In this document: positions 26,180 to 35,407 of the stretch, piece by piece
How positions within the stretch are numbered: the stretch's first letter is position 1
How the letters are laid out: the number at the start of each line of letters is the position of its first letter
Assembly: GCA_013822395.1 (NCBI GenBank)
Contig: PNKK01000013.1
Coordinates: 4,723-68,722, forward strand
Source: Anaerolinea sp.
GTDB lineage: Bacteria; Chloroflexota; Limnocylindria; Limnocylindrales; CSP1-4
Reading direction: 5' to 3'
Length of the DNA stretch: 64,000 nucleotides
Program-made: the position numbers and the translations under genes
Notes under the pieces: model-generated
What the model saw: the letters and a program-made list of their open reading frames with translations, nothing else
Told to the model about the DNA's origin: nothing
Databases searched by the model: none

Positions 26180-27886
26180 ATGCCGACGATCAGTGAGATT
26201 TCCACTCGTTACATCGACGAGGTCGCGGACCTCGATCCCGTCCGCGGCGAGCGCTGGGGCGTCGCCTCCGATCCCACCCGGCTGACGGACTACTCGCCGG
26301 CCGGGTACGCGGCGTTCCGTGCCCTCCTCCAGCGGACGCTGGACGCGCTCGCGGCTGCAGAGTCGCCCAGGGACGAGGCCGAGCGCCTGGGGATCGGCTT
26401 TCTCGCCGACTGGATCGGGGGCGAGGCCGGCGTGCTCGACGCTGGGGAGCGCGAGCGTGGGCTGAGCATCATCACAGGCCCCCCCGCGGTCACCCGCTCG
26501 GTCTTCGACCTCATGGATCACGCGACCCCCGAGGCCTGGGAGAAGATCGCCGCGCGCTTGCGAGCCGCGCCGGCCGCGATGGACGGCTACCGCGCGACCC
26601 TGGAGGCGGGGCTGGCCAAGGGTCGCCCGGCCGCACGCCGCCAGGCCATCGCCGTCGCGGAGCAGTGCGCGACCTGGGCCGGGAACGGCGACGATGGCGG
26701 CTGGTTCGGCGGGTTCGTCGCGGGTGCCGCAGCCGTGGGCGCCGACGACGCCCTTCGAGCCGAGCTCGCCGCCGCCGCCCGCGACGCCGGCAACGCCTAC
26801 GGCCGACTCGCGTCCTGGCTCCGCGACGAGTACGCGCCGCGGGCCACGGAGATCGACGCCTCGGGCGACGAGCGCTACCAGACGTGGGCTCGTTACCTCC
26901 TGGGCACGGACCTCGACCTCGACGAGGCGTACGCGTGGGGCTGGGAGGAGCTCGCCCGGCTCGAGGCCGAGAAAGCGAAGGAGTGCGCCAGGATCCTGCC
27001 CGGAGCCTCCTTCCTCGAGGTCCGGAAGCTGCTCATCACGGACCCGGCCCGCTCGGTCGAGGGCGTCGATGCCTACCGCGACTGGCTCCAGTCGGTGACG
27101 GACGAGGCGATCGAGGGCCTCGACGGCCGCGAGTTCGACATCCACCCCTCGATCCGCCGCTGCGACGTCCGGATCCCGCCGGAGGGGAGCGCCGCCGCCG
27201 CCTACTACACGCCACCGTCGGAGGACCTCGTCCGGCCCGGCCAGACCTGGTTCCCCACGGTCGGGCGGACCCGCTTCCCGAAGTGGGACGAGGTGAGCAC
27301 CGTCTACCACGAGGCCGTGCCGGGGCACCACCTTCAGGGCGCGACGATCCGCCTGGTGCCGTTGACCCGCGCCCAGAAGCTCGGCTTCGTCTCGGCGCAC
27401 GGGGAGGGCTGGGCGCTCTACGCCGAGCGGCTCATGGACGAGCTCGGCTGGTTCCGGACCCCGGACACGCGCCTGGGGTTCCTGTGCGCCCACGCGTTCC
27501 GGGCCGCGCGCGTCGTCGTCGACATCGGCCTCCACACCGGTCGGGCCATCCCCGCCGCCGGCGTTGCGCTCTTCCCAGACTGGTCCGGCCAGGCCGGCCG
27601 TCCGTGGACGTACGACGGGGCCATCGACTTCATGATCCGAGCCGGCGGGATGGAGCGTGACAAGGCCGAGAGCGAGGTCCTGCGCTACCTCTCCTGGCCG
27701 AGCCAGGCGACCGCCTACAAGCTCGGCGAGCGGACCTGGCTCGCCGGGCGAGAGGCGGCAAAGGCCGCCGCGGCCGCCGCGGCCGCCGACGGCCGGGTCT
27801 TCGATCTCAAGACGTGGCACGCGCGGGCGCTCGCGCTGGGGCCGCTGGGTTTGCGGCGGCTCGGCGCCGAGCTTGCCCGGATCTGA
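26180..27886 (+). CDS. DUF885-family protein
   Basis: 568 aa. GGAGGA SD upstream. YHEAVPGHHLQ (HExxH-like) and the overall pattern fit DUF885. Confidence 0.8.
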   Translation: MPTISEISTRYIDEVADLDPVRGERWGVASDPTRLTDYSPAGYAAFRALLQRTLDALAAAESPRDEAERLGIGFLADWIGGEAGVLDAGERERGLSIITGPPAVTRSVFDLMDHATPEAWEKIAARLRAAPAAMDGYRATLEAGLAKGRPAARRQAIAVAEQCATWAGNGDDGGWFGGFVAGAAAVGADDALRAELAAAARDAGNAYGRLASWLRDEYAPRATEIDASGDERYQTWARYLLGTDLDLDEAYAWGWEELARLEAEKAKECARILPGASFLEVRKLLITDPARSVEGVDAYRDWLQSVTDEAIEGLDGREFDIHPSIRRCDVRIPPEGSAAAAYYTPPSEDLVRPGQTWFPTVGRTRFPKWDEVSTVYHEAVPGHHLQGATIRLVPLTRAQKLGFVSAHGEGWALYAERLMDELGWFRTPDTRLGFLCAHAFRAARVVVDIGLHTGRAIPAAGVALFPDWSGQAGRPWTYDGAIDFMIRAGGMERDKAESEVLRYLSWPSQATAYKLGERTWLAGREAAKAAAAAAAADGRVFDLKTWHARALALGPLGLRRLGAELARI

Positions 27887-27984
27887 GGAGGACAGACCGC
27901 GATGACCGCGTTCGACCACTGCTGACGATGAACGTGGCGGCCAACCCGGCTCGGTCGGCGGCGCGGTTCCACCTTGGGTGGCCC

Positions 27985-28135
27985 ACCCATCGACCGTTCG
28001 ACGAAGGAAGCAGCCTCGACCCGACCAGATCGGACGGTTCCGCCGTCGATTGGTCCGCCACCGTGCCATTCGACGCACGATCGGGTCTCCAGCGATCCTA
28101 CGTTCGTCGCTCGGTCGATCTATCGACCAAGCGAG
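27985..28135. repeat. hairpin-containing intergenic repeat element, copy 1
   Basis: TCGACCGTTCGACGAAGGA (left) and ACGTTCGTCGCTCGGTCGATCTATCGACC (right) are mutually inverted. They share motifs with 45381-45522. Confidence 0.55.
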
Positions 28136-28177
28136 CCGCAGGTGGCGAGATGGCCCGAAGCCAAGTGGGAGAGTCCG

Positions 28178-28519
28178 ATGTCCAAGCTGGTTGATCGACC
28201 CGCTCTGCTCGACCGGTACCGCTCCGGCACAACCGATCTCGACGACGCCGTTGCCGGCGTGACTGACGCCGAGCTCGACCGACCCCAGGCATCGGGCGGC
28301 TGGACCGCCCGCCAGGTCGTGCACCACCTCGCCGACAGCGAATCGATGGCCTACGTCCGGCTCCGGCGGCTCATCGCCGAGGACGACCCCGTCATCCAGG
28401 GCTACGACGAGCCCGAGTGGACCCGCCGGCTCCACTACGACCGGCCGATCGCGCGATCGCGAGCCTCGCGGTGTACGCGGTGGAGCAGCGCCACGTCGCC
28501 GAGGCTGCAAACCCGATGA
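28178..28519 (+). pseudogene. DinB-family N-terminal fragment (truncated)
   Basis: 113 aa. WTARQVVHHLADSESMAYVRLRRLIAEDDP...EWTRRLHY matches the first half of DinB_2. The C-terminal His-containing helices are absent in every frame. Confidence 0.5.
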
Positions 28520-28747
28520 GCCTCAATGAGCGACCGACATGGGACGATGCGGATGAGGCCATCGCAACGGCCGAGAACGCCGTCTCGGTCGTGTCCGCCG
28601 ACCTCGCCGCGGCCGGCCGGGACGGCGAACCGGGCTGATCGCCAGGATCGTCTCGCAGCCATTCCCCGATCTCAGAACTCGGCCCCAGCCGAGATGAGGA
28701 GATCCGGCCCCAGCTCGGGAAGTGGCCTCCCATGACGCCCCGGCCGA

Positions 28748-28802
28748 TTGACGCACCGCTCCGCGGGCGCCTAGACTAATCCCGACCCCGGAGGTCGGAT
28801 TT
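28748..28802 (+). promoter_or_regulatory. candidate promoter and inverted-repeat operator upstream of Rrf2-suf
   Basis: TTGACG (28748-53), 18-nt spacer, TAGACT (28772-77), immediately followed by the imperfect inverted repeat AATCCCGACC-ccgg-AGGTCGGATT (28778-28802). Confidence 0.45.
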
Positions 28803-28917
28803 ACACGAGCCACCGGCGGGCGCAGATACACACCGACGCGAGGACCCAACCCTGAGCACCCGACCCACGTTCCATGGCTCCGGCGCCGTCGCCTTCAGCA
28901 CGAAGGGCGAGTACGGC

Positions 28918-29372
28918 GTGCGGCTCATGGTCCAGCTTGGGCGGCACTTTGGGACCGGGCCGGCGAGCCTCGCCGAGATCGCGGCCGCAGAGGATCTCCC
29001 GCGCGCCTACCTCGAGCAGCTGGCGATGGGCCTCCGCGACGCCGGCCTGGTCGTCTCCACCCGCGGGGCCCACGGCGGCTACGAGCTCGCCCGCGACCCG
29101 GGCGAGCTCCGGATGAGCGATGTCCTCCGCGCCCTGGAGGGTCCGATCGCGCCGATGATCTGCGCGACGGACGACCCCGACCACGCTTCCACCTGCGACC
29201 GGACCTCGTCCTGCACCGTCAACTTCCTGTGGGTGCGCGTCCGGGATGCCATCACCGGCGCCCTCGACGGCATGACCCTCGCCGACCTCGTTCCCCTCCG
29301 GCCGCGCCCCATCGACCTCGACTTCGACGCGCCGGATGCCCACCCCATCCTCTCTGGAGCCGTGAGCCGCAC

Positions 29373-29376
<4 letters not shown>
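28918..29376 (+). CDS. Rrf2-family transcriptional regulator (start uncertain, conserved N-terminus lies upstream)
   Basis: GPASLAEIAAAEDLPRAYLEQLAMGLRDAGLVVSTRGAHGGYELA wHTH. Cys cluster C-x..C-x5-C. The in-frame upstream codons encode FSTKGEYG, the conserved Rrf2 N-terminus, but have no ATG/GTG/TTG. Confidence 0.8.
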
Positions 29377-30254
<878 letters not shown>

Positions 30255-30270
30255 CCCCGGCGGCCGACCG

Positions 30271-31617
30271 ATGACGATCACCGCCCGACCCGACGCAAGC
30301 GGCAACCCGCCCGGCACGGGGGCGCCCGAGGGCGGCTCACCCGCGGGACCCGCCGCCACCGCCGATCCCCGGATCCGCGACGGCTGCCTGGTCCCCGAGG
30401 TCATCCGCGCCGAATTCCCGATTCTCGCGACGGCGACCTCGACCGGCAAGCCGCTCGTCTACCTCGACTCGGCGTCCACCAGCCAGAAGCCGCAGGCCGT
30501 CATCGACGCCCTGGACACCTACTACCGCGAGTACAACGCGAACGTCCATCGCGGGATCTACGAGATCGGTGAGCGGTCCACCGCGGCGTACGAGGCCGCG
30601 CGGGTCAAGGTCGCGAGGTTCATCAACGCGCCAGACGCCCACGAGATCGTCTTCACCCGGAACGCAACCGAGGCGATCAACCTCGTCGCCTACGCGTGGG
30701 GCCGGCAGAGCATCGGCCGCGGCGACGTGATCGTCCTGACGGAGATGGAGCACCACGCCAACCTCGTCCCGTGGCAGCTCCTCGTCCAGGAGCGGGACGG
30801 CGACCTCGAGTTCATCCCGATCACGGACGATGGGATCCTTCGCCTGGACGTCTTCGAGGTCCTCCTCCGGCTCCGCCCGAAGCTCGTCGCGTTCACCCAT
30901 GTCAGCAACACGCTCGGCACGATCAACCCGGTCGCCGAGATGACCCGGATGGCCCACGAGGCCGGAGCGCTCGTCCTGATCGACGGGGCGCAGGCCGTCC
31001 CCCACGTCCCGGTCGACGTCGGGGCCATCGACGCCGACTTCTACGTCTTCTCCGGCCACAAGATGCTGGCGCCCACCGGGTCCGGCGCGCTCTGGGCGCG
31101 CCGCGAGCTGCTGGAATCGATGCCCCCGTTCCTTGCCGGCGGCGAGATGATCCGCGAGGTCCACCTCCGTCGCAGCGAGTGGAACGAGATCCCCTGGAAG
31201 TTCGAGGCCGGGACGCCGGACATCGCCGCCGAGATCGGCCTCGGCGCGGCGGCGGACTACCTCCGCACGCTGGGGATGGGCCGCGTCCGCGACCATGAGC
31301 GCGAGCTCCTTGAGTACGCCCTCCCCGCGCTCGCCGCCGCGCACCCGGACCTTGCCCTGTACGGCCCCATGGACCCGGCGATCCGGGGCGGGGTCGTCCC
31401 GTTCAACGTCCCGGGCGTCCACCCGCACGACGTGGCGCAGGTGCTGGATCGGTCCGGCGTCGCCGTCCGCGCCGGCCACCACTGCACGATGCCGCTCCAC
31501 GAGCGCCTGGACCTGCCGGCCACGGCCCGTGCCAGCTTCAACGTCTACACCACCCGCACAGATATCGATGCCCTCATCGCCGGCATCGCCGAGGTGAAGC
31601 GGGTCTTCGGGGTCTGA
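30271..31617 (+). CDS. sufS: cysteine desulfurase SufS (group II)
   Basis: 448 aa from the ATG at 30271. YLDSASTSQKP, NANVHRG, FSGHKMLAPTG (PLP Lys) and RAGHHCTMPL (active-site Cys loop). Confidence 0.9.
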   Translation: MTITARPDASGNPPGTGAPEGGSPAGPAATADPRIRDGCLVPEVIRAEFPILATATSTGKPLVYLDSASTSQKPQAVIDALDTYYREYNANVHRGIYEIGERSTAAYEAARVKVARFINAPDAHEIVFTRNATEAINLVAYAWGRQSIGRGDVIVLTEMEHHANLVPWQLLVQERDGDLEFIPITDDGILRLDVFEVLLRLRPKLVAFTHVSNTLGTINPVAEMTRMAHEAGALVLIDGAQAVPHVPVDVGAIDADFYVFSGHKMLAPTGSGALWARRELLESMPPFLAGGEMIREVHLRRSEWNEIPWKFEAGTPDIAAEIGLGAAADYLRTLGMGRVRDHERELLEYALPALAAAHPDLALYGPMDPAIRGGVVPFNVPGVHPHDVAQVLDRSGVAVRAGHHCTMPLHERLDLPATARASFNVYTTRTDIDALIAGIAEVKRVFGV

Positions 31618-31708
31618 GGCGCAGCCGCGGACAGGGGCCACCCCTTGGCCTGCCAGGCGGGCTCTCTGAACCACAGGATCTTTGCGTTTTTGGTGTTTAC
31701 AGTCCATC

Positions 31709-32224
31709 ATGGCGAGCATGGAGTTGGAGACCGACCTTCTCAGCACGGGCCAGGCAGCCAGATTCCTCGGCTGTTCGCGCCAGCATGTCGTGGATCTCTG
31801 CGACCGGGGCGAGATCCGCTCGACGTCGATCGGCGCGCATCGACGGCTCCGTCGGAGTGACGTCCAAGCGTACGTTCAGCGCCGCACAAGAGGCGAGCTG
31901 ACCACCGACCAGCTTCGTTCCATCTGGCTCCACCGGGCCGTCGCGGCCCATGTGGCGGCGGACCCCGACGCGACGCTCGGGCTCGCGCGTGAGAACGCGC
32001 GGCGATTCCTGGCTCGCGGTCCGAGCTCGGGAAGCGCTCGCTGGCTGCGGCGATGGCTGCAACTCATCGACCGGGGTCCCGAGCCGGTGATGGAAGCTCT
32101 GACGTCGACATCCGACGACGCACGCGAGCTCCGCCAGAACTCACCATTCGCGGGCGTTCTCAGCGAGCCGGAGCGCCTGGCGATCCTCGATTCCTTCCGG
32201 CGCCATGCCGCGACACTTCGATGA
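31709..32224 (+). CDS. helix-turn-helix (excisionase/MerR-like) DNA-binding protein, antitoxin-like
   Basis: LSTGQAARFLGCSRQHVVDLCDRGEIRSTSIGAHRRLRRSDVQAYV. Stop overlaps the next start (ATGA). The ORF track starts at TTG 31682; the ATG at 31709 is preferred. Confidence 0.7.
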   Translation: MASMELETDLLSTGQAARFLGCSRQHVVDLCDRGEIRSTSIGAHRRLRRSDVQAYVQRRTRGELTTDQLRSIWLHRAVAAHVAADPDATLGLARENARRFLARGPSSGSARWLRRWLQLIDRGPEPVMEALTSTSDDARELRQNSPFAGVLSEPERLAILDSFRRHAATLR

Positions 32225-32895
32225 GACGTGGCGAGCTGGAGCACATCCTGCGCGCAGCATCGCGCGTGCTGGGCGAGCGCGATCTCCTGGTGATCGGCAG
32301 CGCCTCGATCCTCGGCACGTTTCCGGAATCGGTGCTGCCGAGCGCCGCAACGAGGTCAGATGAGGCCGACATCGCCTCGTTCAGTGATGAGGATGGCGCG
32401 AAGTCGACGCAGATCGACGGAGCCATCGGCGAGCTTTCGCCCTTCCACCGGGCCAACGGCTACTACGGTCAGGGGGTCGACGCAAGGGCCGCGAAGCTGC
32501 CGCCCGGGTGGCGCGATCGCCTCATCCTCTACCGAAACCGGAGCACGACGCCGGGACGCGGGTTGTGTCTCGATCGACACGACTGCATTGCTTCGAAGTT
32601 GGCAGCCTCTCGGGACAAGGATCGTGAGTTCGCCGACGCCCTGTTCGCCGCTGGTCTCGCCGATGCATCCACCGTTCGGGAACGGGTCGCGCAGATCGAG
32701 GAGCTGGACCCGAAGTTGCGCGAAGTCGTGCTCGCGTGGCTGGACGCGCGTCTCGCGCCCATGGTTGGGCGCAAGCTCGGCACTGAGGACAGTCTCGACG
32801 AGTTCGTCGGGATCCTGCCGTTGCCGCCGGGTGGAACCGACGCGTTCATTCGCGAGATTCGTGGCCCCGGTCCGGACGAGGACAGCGCTACGTGA
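32221..32895 (+). CDS. DUF6036-like nucleotidyltransferase-fold protein with foreign C-terminal tail
   Basis: MRRGELEHILRAASRVLGERDLLVIGSASILGTFPE...SPFHRANGYYGQGV...CLDRHDCIASKLAASRDKDREFA resembles DUF6036 family members. The last roughly 40 aa (SLDEFVGILP...DAFIREIRG) look like the C-terminus of an AbrB-type antitoxin. Confidence 0.6.
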   Translation: MRRGELEHILRAASRVLGERDLLVIGSASILGTFPESVLPSAATRSDEADIASFSDEDGAKSTQIDGAIGELSPFHRANGYYGQGVDARAAKLPPGWRDRLILYRNRSTTPGRGLCLDRHDCIASKLAASRDKDREFADALFAAGLADASTVRERVAQIEELDPKLREVVLAWLDARLAPMVGRKLGTEDSLDEFVGILPLPPGGTDAFIREIRGPGPDEDSAT

Positions 32896-33101
32896 TCTCG
32901 GCAGTGGATGCGAACGTGTTGGTCGACATCCTGGGGGCCACTCCGCAGTTCGGACCGGCTCCCCTCGCGCTGGTCCTCCCCCTTTCCACTCCCGTTGATC
33001 GATCTCGTTCATCAATCCGGCGCCATCTGAGCGTGGCCATGGACCGATTCCGACGAATCCGCGGGCCGGCCGAGCGTGGATGTCTCGGATCTGATGACTG
33101 A
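32892..33101 (+). pseudogene. PIN-domain (VapC) N-terminal remnant
   Basis: Begins VISAVDANVLVDIL, the canonical first strand and acidic residue of PIN toxins, then degenerates into non-PIN sequence. Confidence 0.45.
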
Positions 33102-33249
33102 CGTCGATCACGGGCGGGACTCGGGAGCGGCGGAAGCGGCGGCCCCGGGGAGTCAGCACAGACGTTGGGATGTGTGCTTGCTTGCTCGCATTCGCGATAT
33201 CCGAGCCTGCTGGTTGGGATTGGTGACTCGCGATACACTCCACCTTCGC

Positions 33250-33645
33250 ATGGACGATCTTTACCGCGACTACATCCTGGAGCACTACCGGCGGCCCCAC
33301 AACTTCGGGGTCTTGGAGCACGCGAACGCGTCCCACGAGGGCGCGAACCCGCTGTGCGGCGACCGGATCACGCTGCAGCTCCGCCTCGCCGACGGCAAGA
33401 TCGCGGCCGTGGGCTTCACCGGCCGCGGCTGCGCGATCAGCCAGGCCTCGGCGTCCCTGCTCACCGATGAGATCAAGGGGAAGCCGGTCGTCGATGCCGC
33501 GGCATTGACGTCGCAGGACGTCCTGGACCTCCTCGGGATCGACATCTCGCCGGCGCGCCTGAAGTGCGCGCTCCTGAGCCTCGAAACCCTCCAGCGCGCG
33601 CTCGCCGAGGCAGGCACGGGTGCGCGCATGGAGGCACAGGTGTGA
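33250..33645 (+). CDS. sufU: Fe-S cluster scaffold/sulfur acceptor SufU (IscU-like)
   Basis: 131 aa from the ATG at 33250. YRDYILEHYRRPHNFG, NPLCGD, GRGCAISQASAS and LKCALL are SufU Cys ligand motifs. Confidence 0.9.
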   Translation: MDDLYRDYILEHYRRPHNFGVLEHANASHEGANPLCGDRITLQLRLADGKIAAVGFTGRGCAISQASASLLTDEIKGKPVVDAAALTSQDVLDLLGIDISPARLKCALLSLETLQRALAEAGTGARMEAQV

Positions 33646-33856
33646 TGGCAACCTCCCCGAGTCGGTACCCGCTCTCCGAGGTCCAAGGCGGAGCTCCGCG
33701 ACGCCATTGGCTTGAGGATCGCTGCAGGTGTACGCCGCCGGCCTGATTGCCGGCTGACCCGCGACCGCGTCTCTCTCGCGGATCGCCCTCCCCAATCCTC
33801 TTCCGCCCCGTCGCAAGTTCGGCGACGGCCTGTCGACCACCGGAGCCACACCGCAG

Positions 33857-35137
33857 ATGCCAAAGAGCTACGCAGAGCTCCTCCGCGAGGCGAAGGCCTC
33901 GATCAGGGAGGTCAACCCCCAGGAGGCCGAGCGCCTCCGCGTCGAGGGCGTGACCCTCGTCGACGTTCGCGAGGCGACCGAATGGGAGCAGGGGTACATC
34001 CCCGGCGCCCTCCACGTCGGCCGGTCCTACCTGGAGCAGCAGATCGAGGGCGCCGTTCCCGATCGTGACACCCCCCTCGTCCTGTACTGCGCGGGCGGGG
34101 TCCGCTCCGCGTTCGGCGCGCAGACCCTCCAGCAGCTCGGCTACACGAACGTCGCCTCGATGAGCGGCGGCTTTCAGGGCTGGAAGGCCGCGGGGCTTCC
34201 GTGGACGACCCCGGTCGTCCTGTCGAAGGAGCAGCAGCAGCGCTACAGCCGCCACCTCCTCATCCCCGAGGTCGGCTCGAAGGGCCAGGCGAAGCTCCTG
34301 GAGTCGAAGGTCCTGCTGATCGGCGCCGGCGGTCTCGGCAGCCCGTCGGCCCTCTACCTCGCCGCGGCCGGCGTCGGCACGATCGGCATCGTCGACTTCG
34401 ACGTCGTGGACGTCTCCAACCTCCAGCGCCAGATCCTCCACACGACGGATCGGGTCGGGCAGAAGAAGGTGGAGAGCGCCCGGACGTCGATCGGGGCGCT
34501 CAATCCGGACGTCACCGTGGTGGCCCACGAGGAGATGCTCGTCGGCGACAACGTCGAGCGGATCATCGCCGGGTACGACGTGATCCTCGACGGCACGGAC
34601 ACGTTCGAGACCCGGTACCTCCTCAACGACGCGGCGGTTGCGGCCGGCATCCCGGTCGTCCATGCCTCGGTCTTCCGGTTCGAAGGCCAGCTCACGACCT
34701 TCATCCCGTACGAGGGTCCCTGCTACCGCTGCCTCTATCCGACCCCGCCGCCGCCGGAGCTCGCGCCCGGCTGCTCCGTGGCCGGGGTCCTCGGCGTGGT
34801 GCCGGGGATCATGGGCCTCCTCCAGGCGAACGAGGTCCTCAAGGTCTTCCTCGGGATCGGGACGACGCTCGCCGGGCGGCTCCTGATCTTCGACGCCCTC
34901 GAGGCCGAGTTCACCGAGCTGAAGCTTCGGCGCGATCCGGCCTGCCCCGTCTGCTCGGACGAGGCGCGCGCGGCCCGGGAGCGGGGCGAGGCGCCGGTGC
35001 TCTCGGCGTTCCCCGTCGACGCGCCGTTCGTCCTGGCAGGCGCCGGATTCGGCGGCACATTCGGCACGGCATCACCGCTCGGCTCCGGGCCGCTCGGCTC
35101 CGCGCCGCTCGGCACGACCCCGGAGGCGCGCGCATGA
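33857..35137 (+). CDS. rhodanese-ThiF/MoeB fusion (MoeZ-like sulfur-carrier adenylyltransferase/sulfurtransferase)
   Basis: N-terminal rhodanese with active loop YCAGGVRS. ThiF domain GAGGLGS, DxDxVDxSNLQRQ. Two CxxC pairs (CYRC, CPVC). Confidence 0.85.
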   Translation: MPKSYAELLREAKASIREVNPQEAERLRVEGVTLVDVREATEWEQGYIPGALHVGRSYLEQQIEGAVPDRDTPLVLYCAGGVRSAFGAQTLQQLGYTNVASMSGGFQGWKAAGLPWTTPVVLSKEQQQRYSRHLLIPEVGSKGQAKLLESKVLLIGAGGLGSPSALYLAAAGVGTIGIVDFDVVDVSNLQRQILHTTDRVGQKKVESARTSIGALNPDVTVVAHEEMLVGDNVERIIAGYDVILDGTDTFETRYLLNDAAVAAGIPVVHASVFRFEGQLTTFIPYEGPCYRCLYPTPPPPELAPGCSVAGVLGVVPGIMGLLQANEVLKVFLGIGTTLAGRLLIFDALEAEFTELKLRRDPACPVCSDEARAARERGEAPVLSAFPVDAPFVLAGAGFGGTFGTASPLGSGPLGSAPLGTTPEARA

Positions 35138-35406
35138 GCACGGTGTTCATCCCGGCGGTCCTCCGGTCCGCGGTCGGCGGCGCGAAGTCGCTCGAACTGG
35201 CCGGCGGCACCGTCGGGGAGCTGGTCAATGCGCTCCTTGAGCGACACCCCGGTCTCGGTGGCCAGCTGCTCACGCCCGAGGGCGAGCTCAACCGCTTCGT
35301 CAACGTCTACGTGAACGGGCAAGACGTCCGGTACCTCGACGGTCTCGCGACGCCGGTCGGGGAGCGCGACGAGGTGCGGCTCCTCCCGGCGATGGCGGGC
35401 GGCTGA
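35134..35406 (+). CDS. cysO: MoaD/ThiS-family sulfur-carrier protein (CysO-like), C-terminal GG
   Basis: 90 aa ending ...LLPAMAGG. ATGA overlap with the adenylyltransferase. Immediately precedes cysM. Confidence 0.85.
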   Translation: MSTVFIPAVLRSAVGGAKSLELAGGTVGELVNALLERHPGLGGQLLTPEGELNRFVNVYVNGQDVRYLDGLATPVGERDEVRLLPAMAGG

Positions 35407-35407
35407 C

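Noticed and set aside
26132-28510. 792-aa minus-strand ORF
   Set aside because: It is antisense to the DUF885 gene and runs through non-coding DNA. It has no recognisable motif and a low-complexity composition.
33646-33856. A riboswitch (for example a SAM class) in the 210-nt gap before the rhodanese-ThiF gene
   Set aside because: Several short hairpins are present (GCCGGC-ctgatt-GCCGGC, CGGAGCTCCG). I could not match any known riboswitch consensus by eye. A covariance-model scan would be needed.
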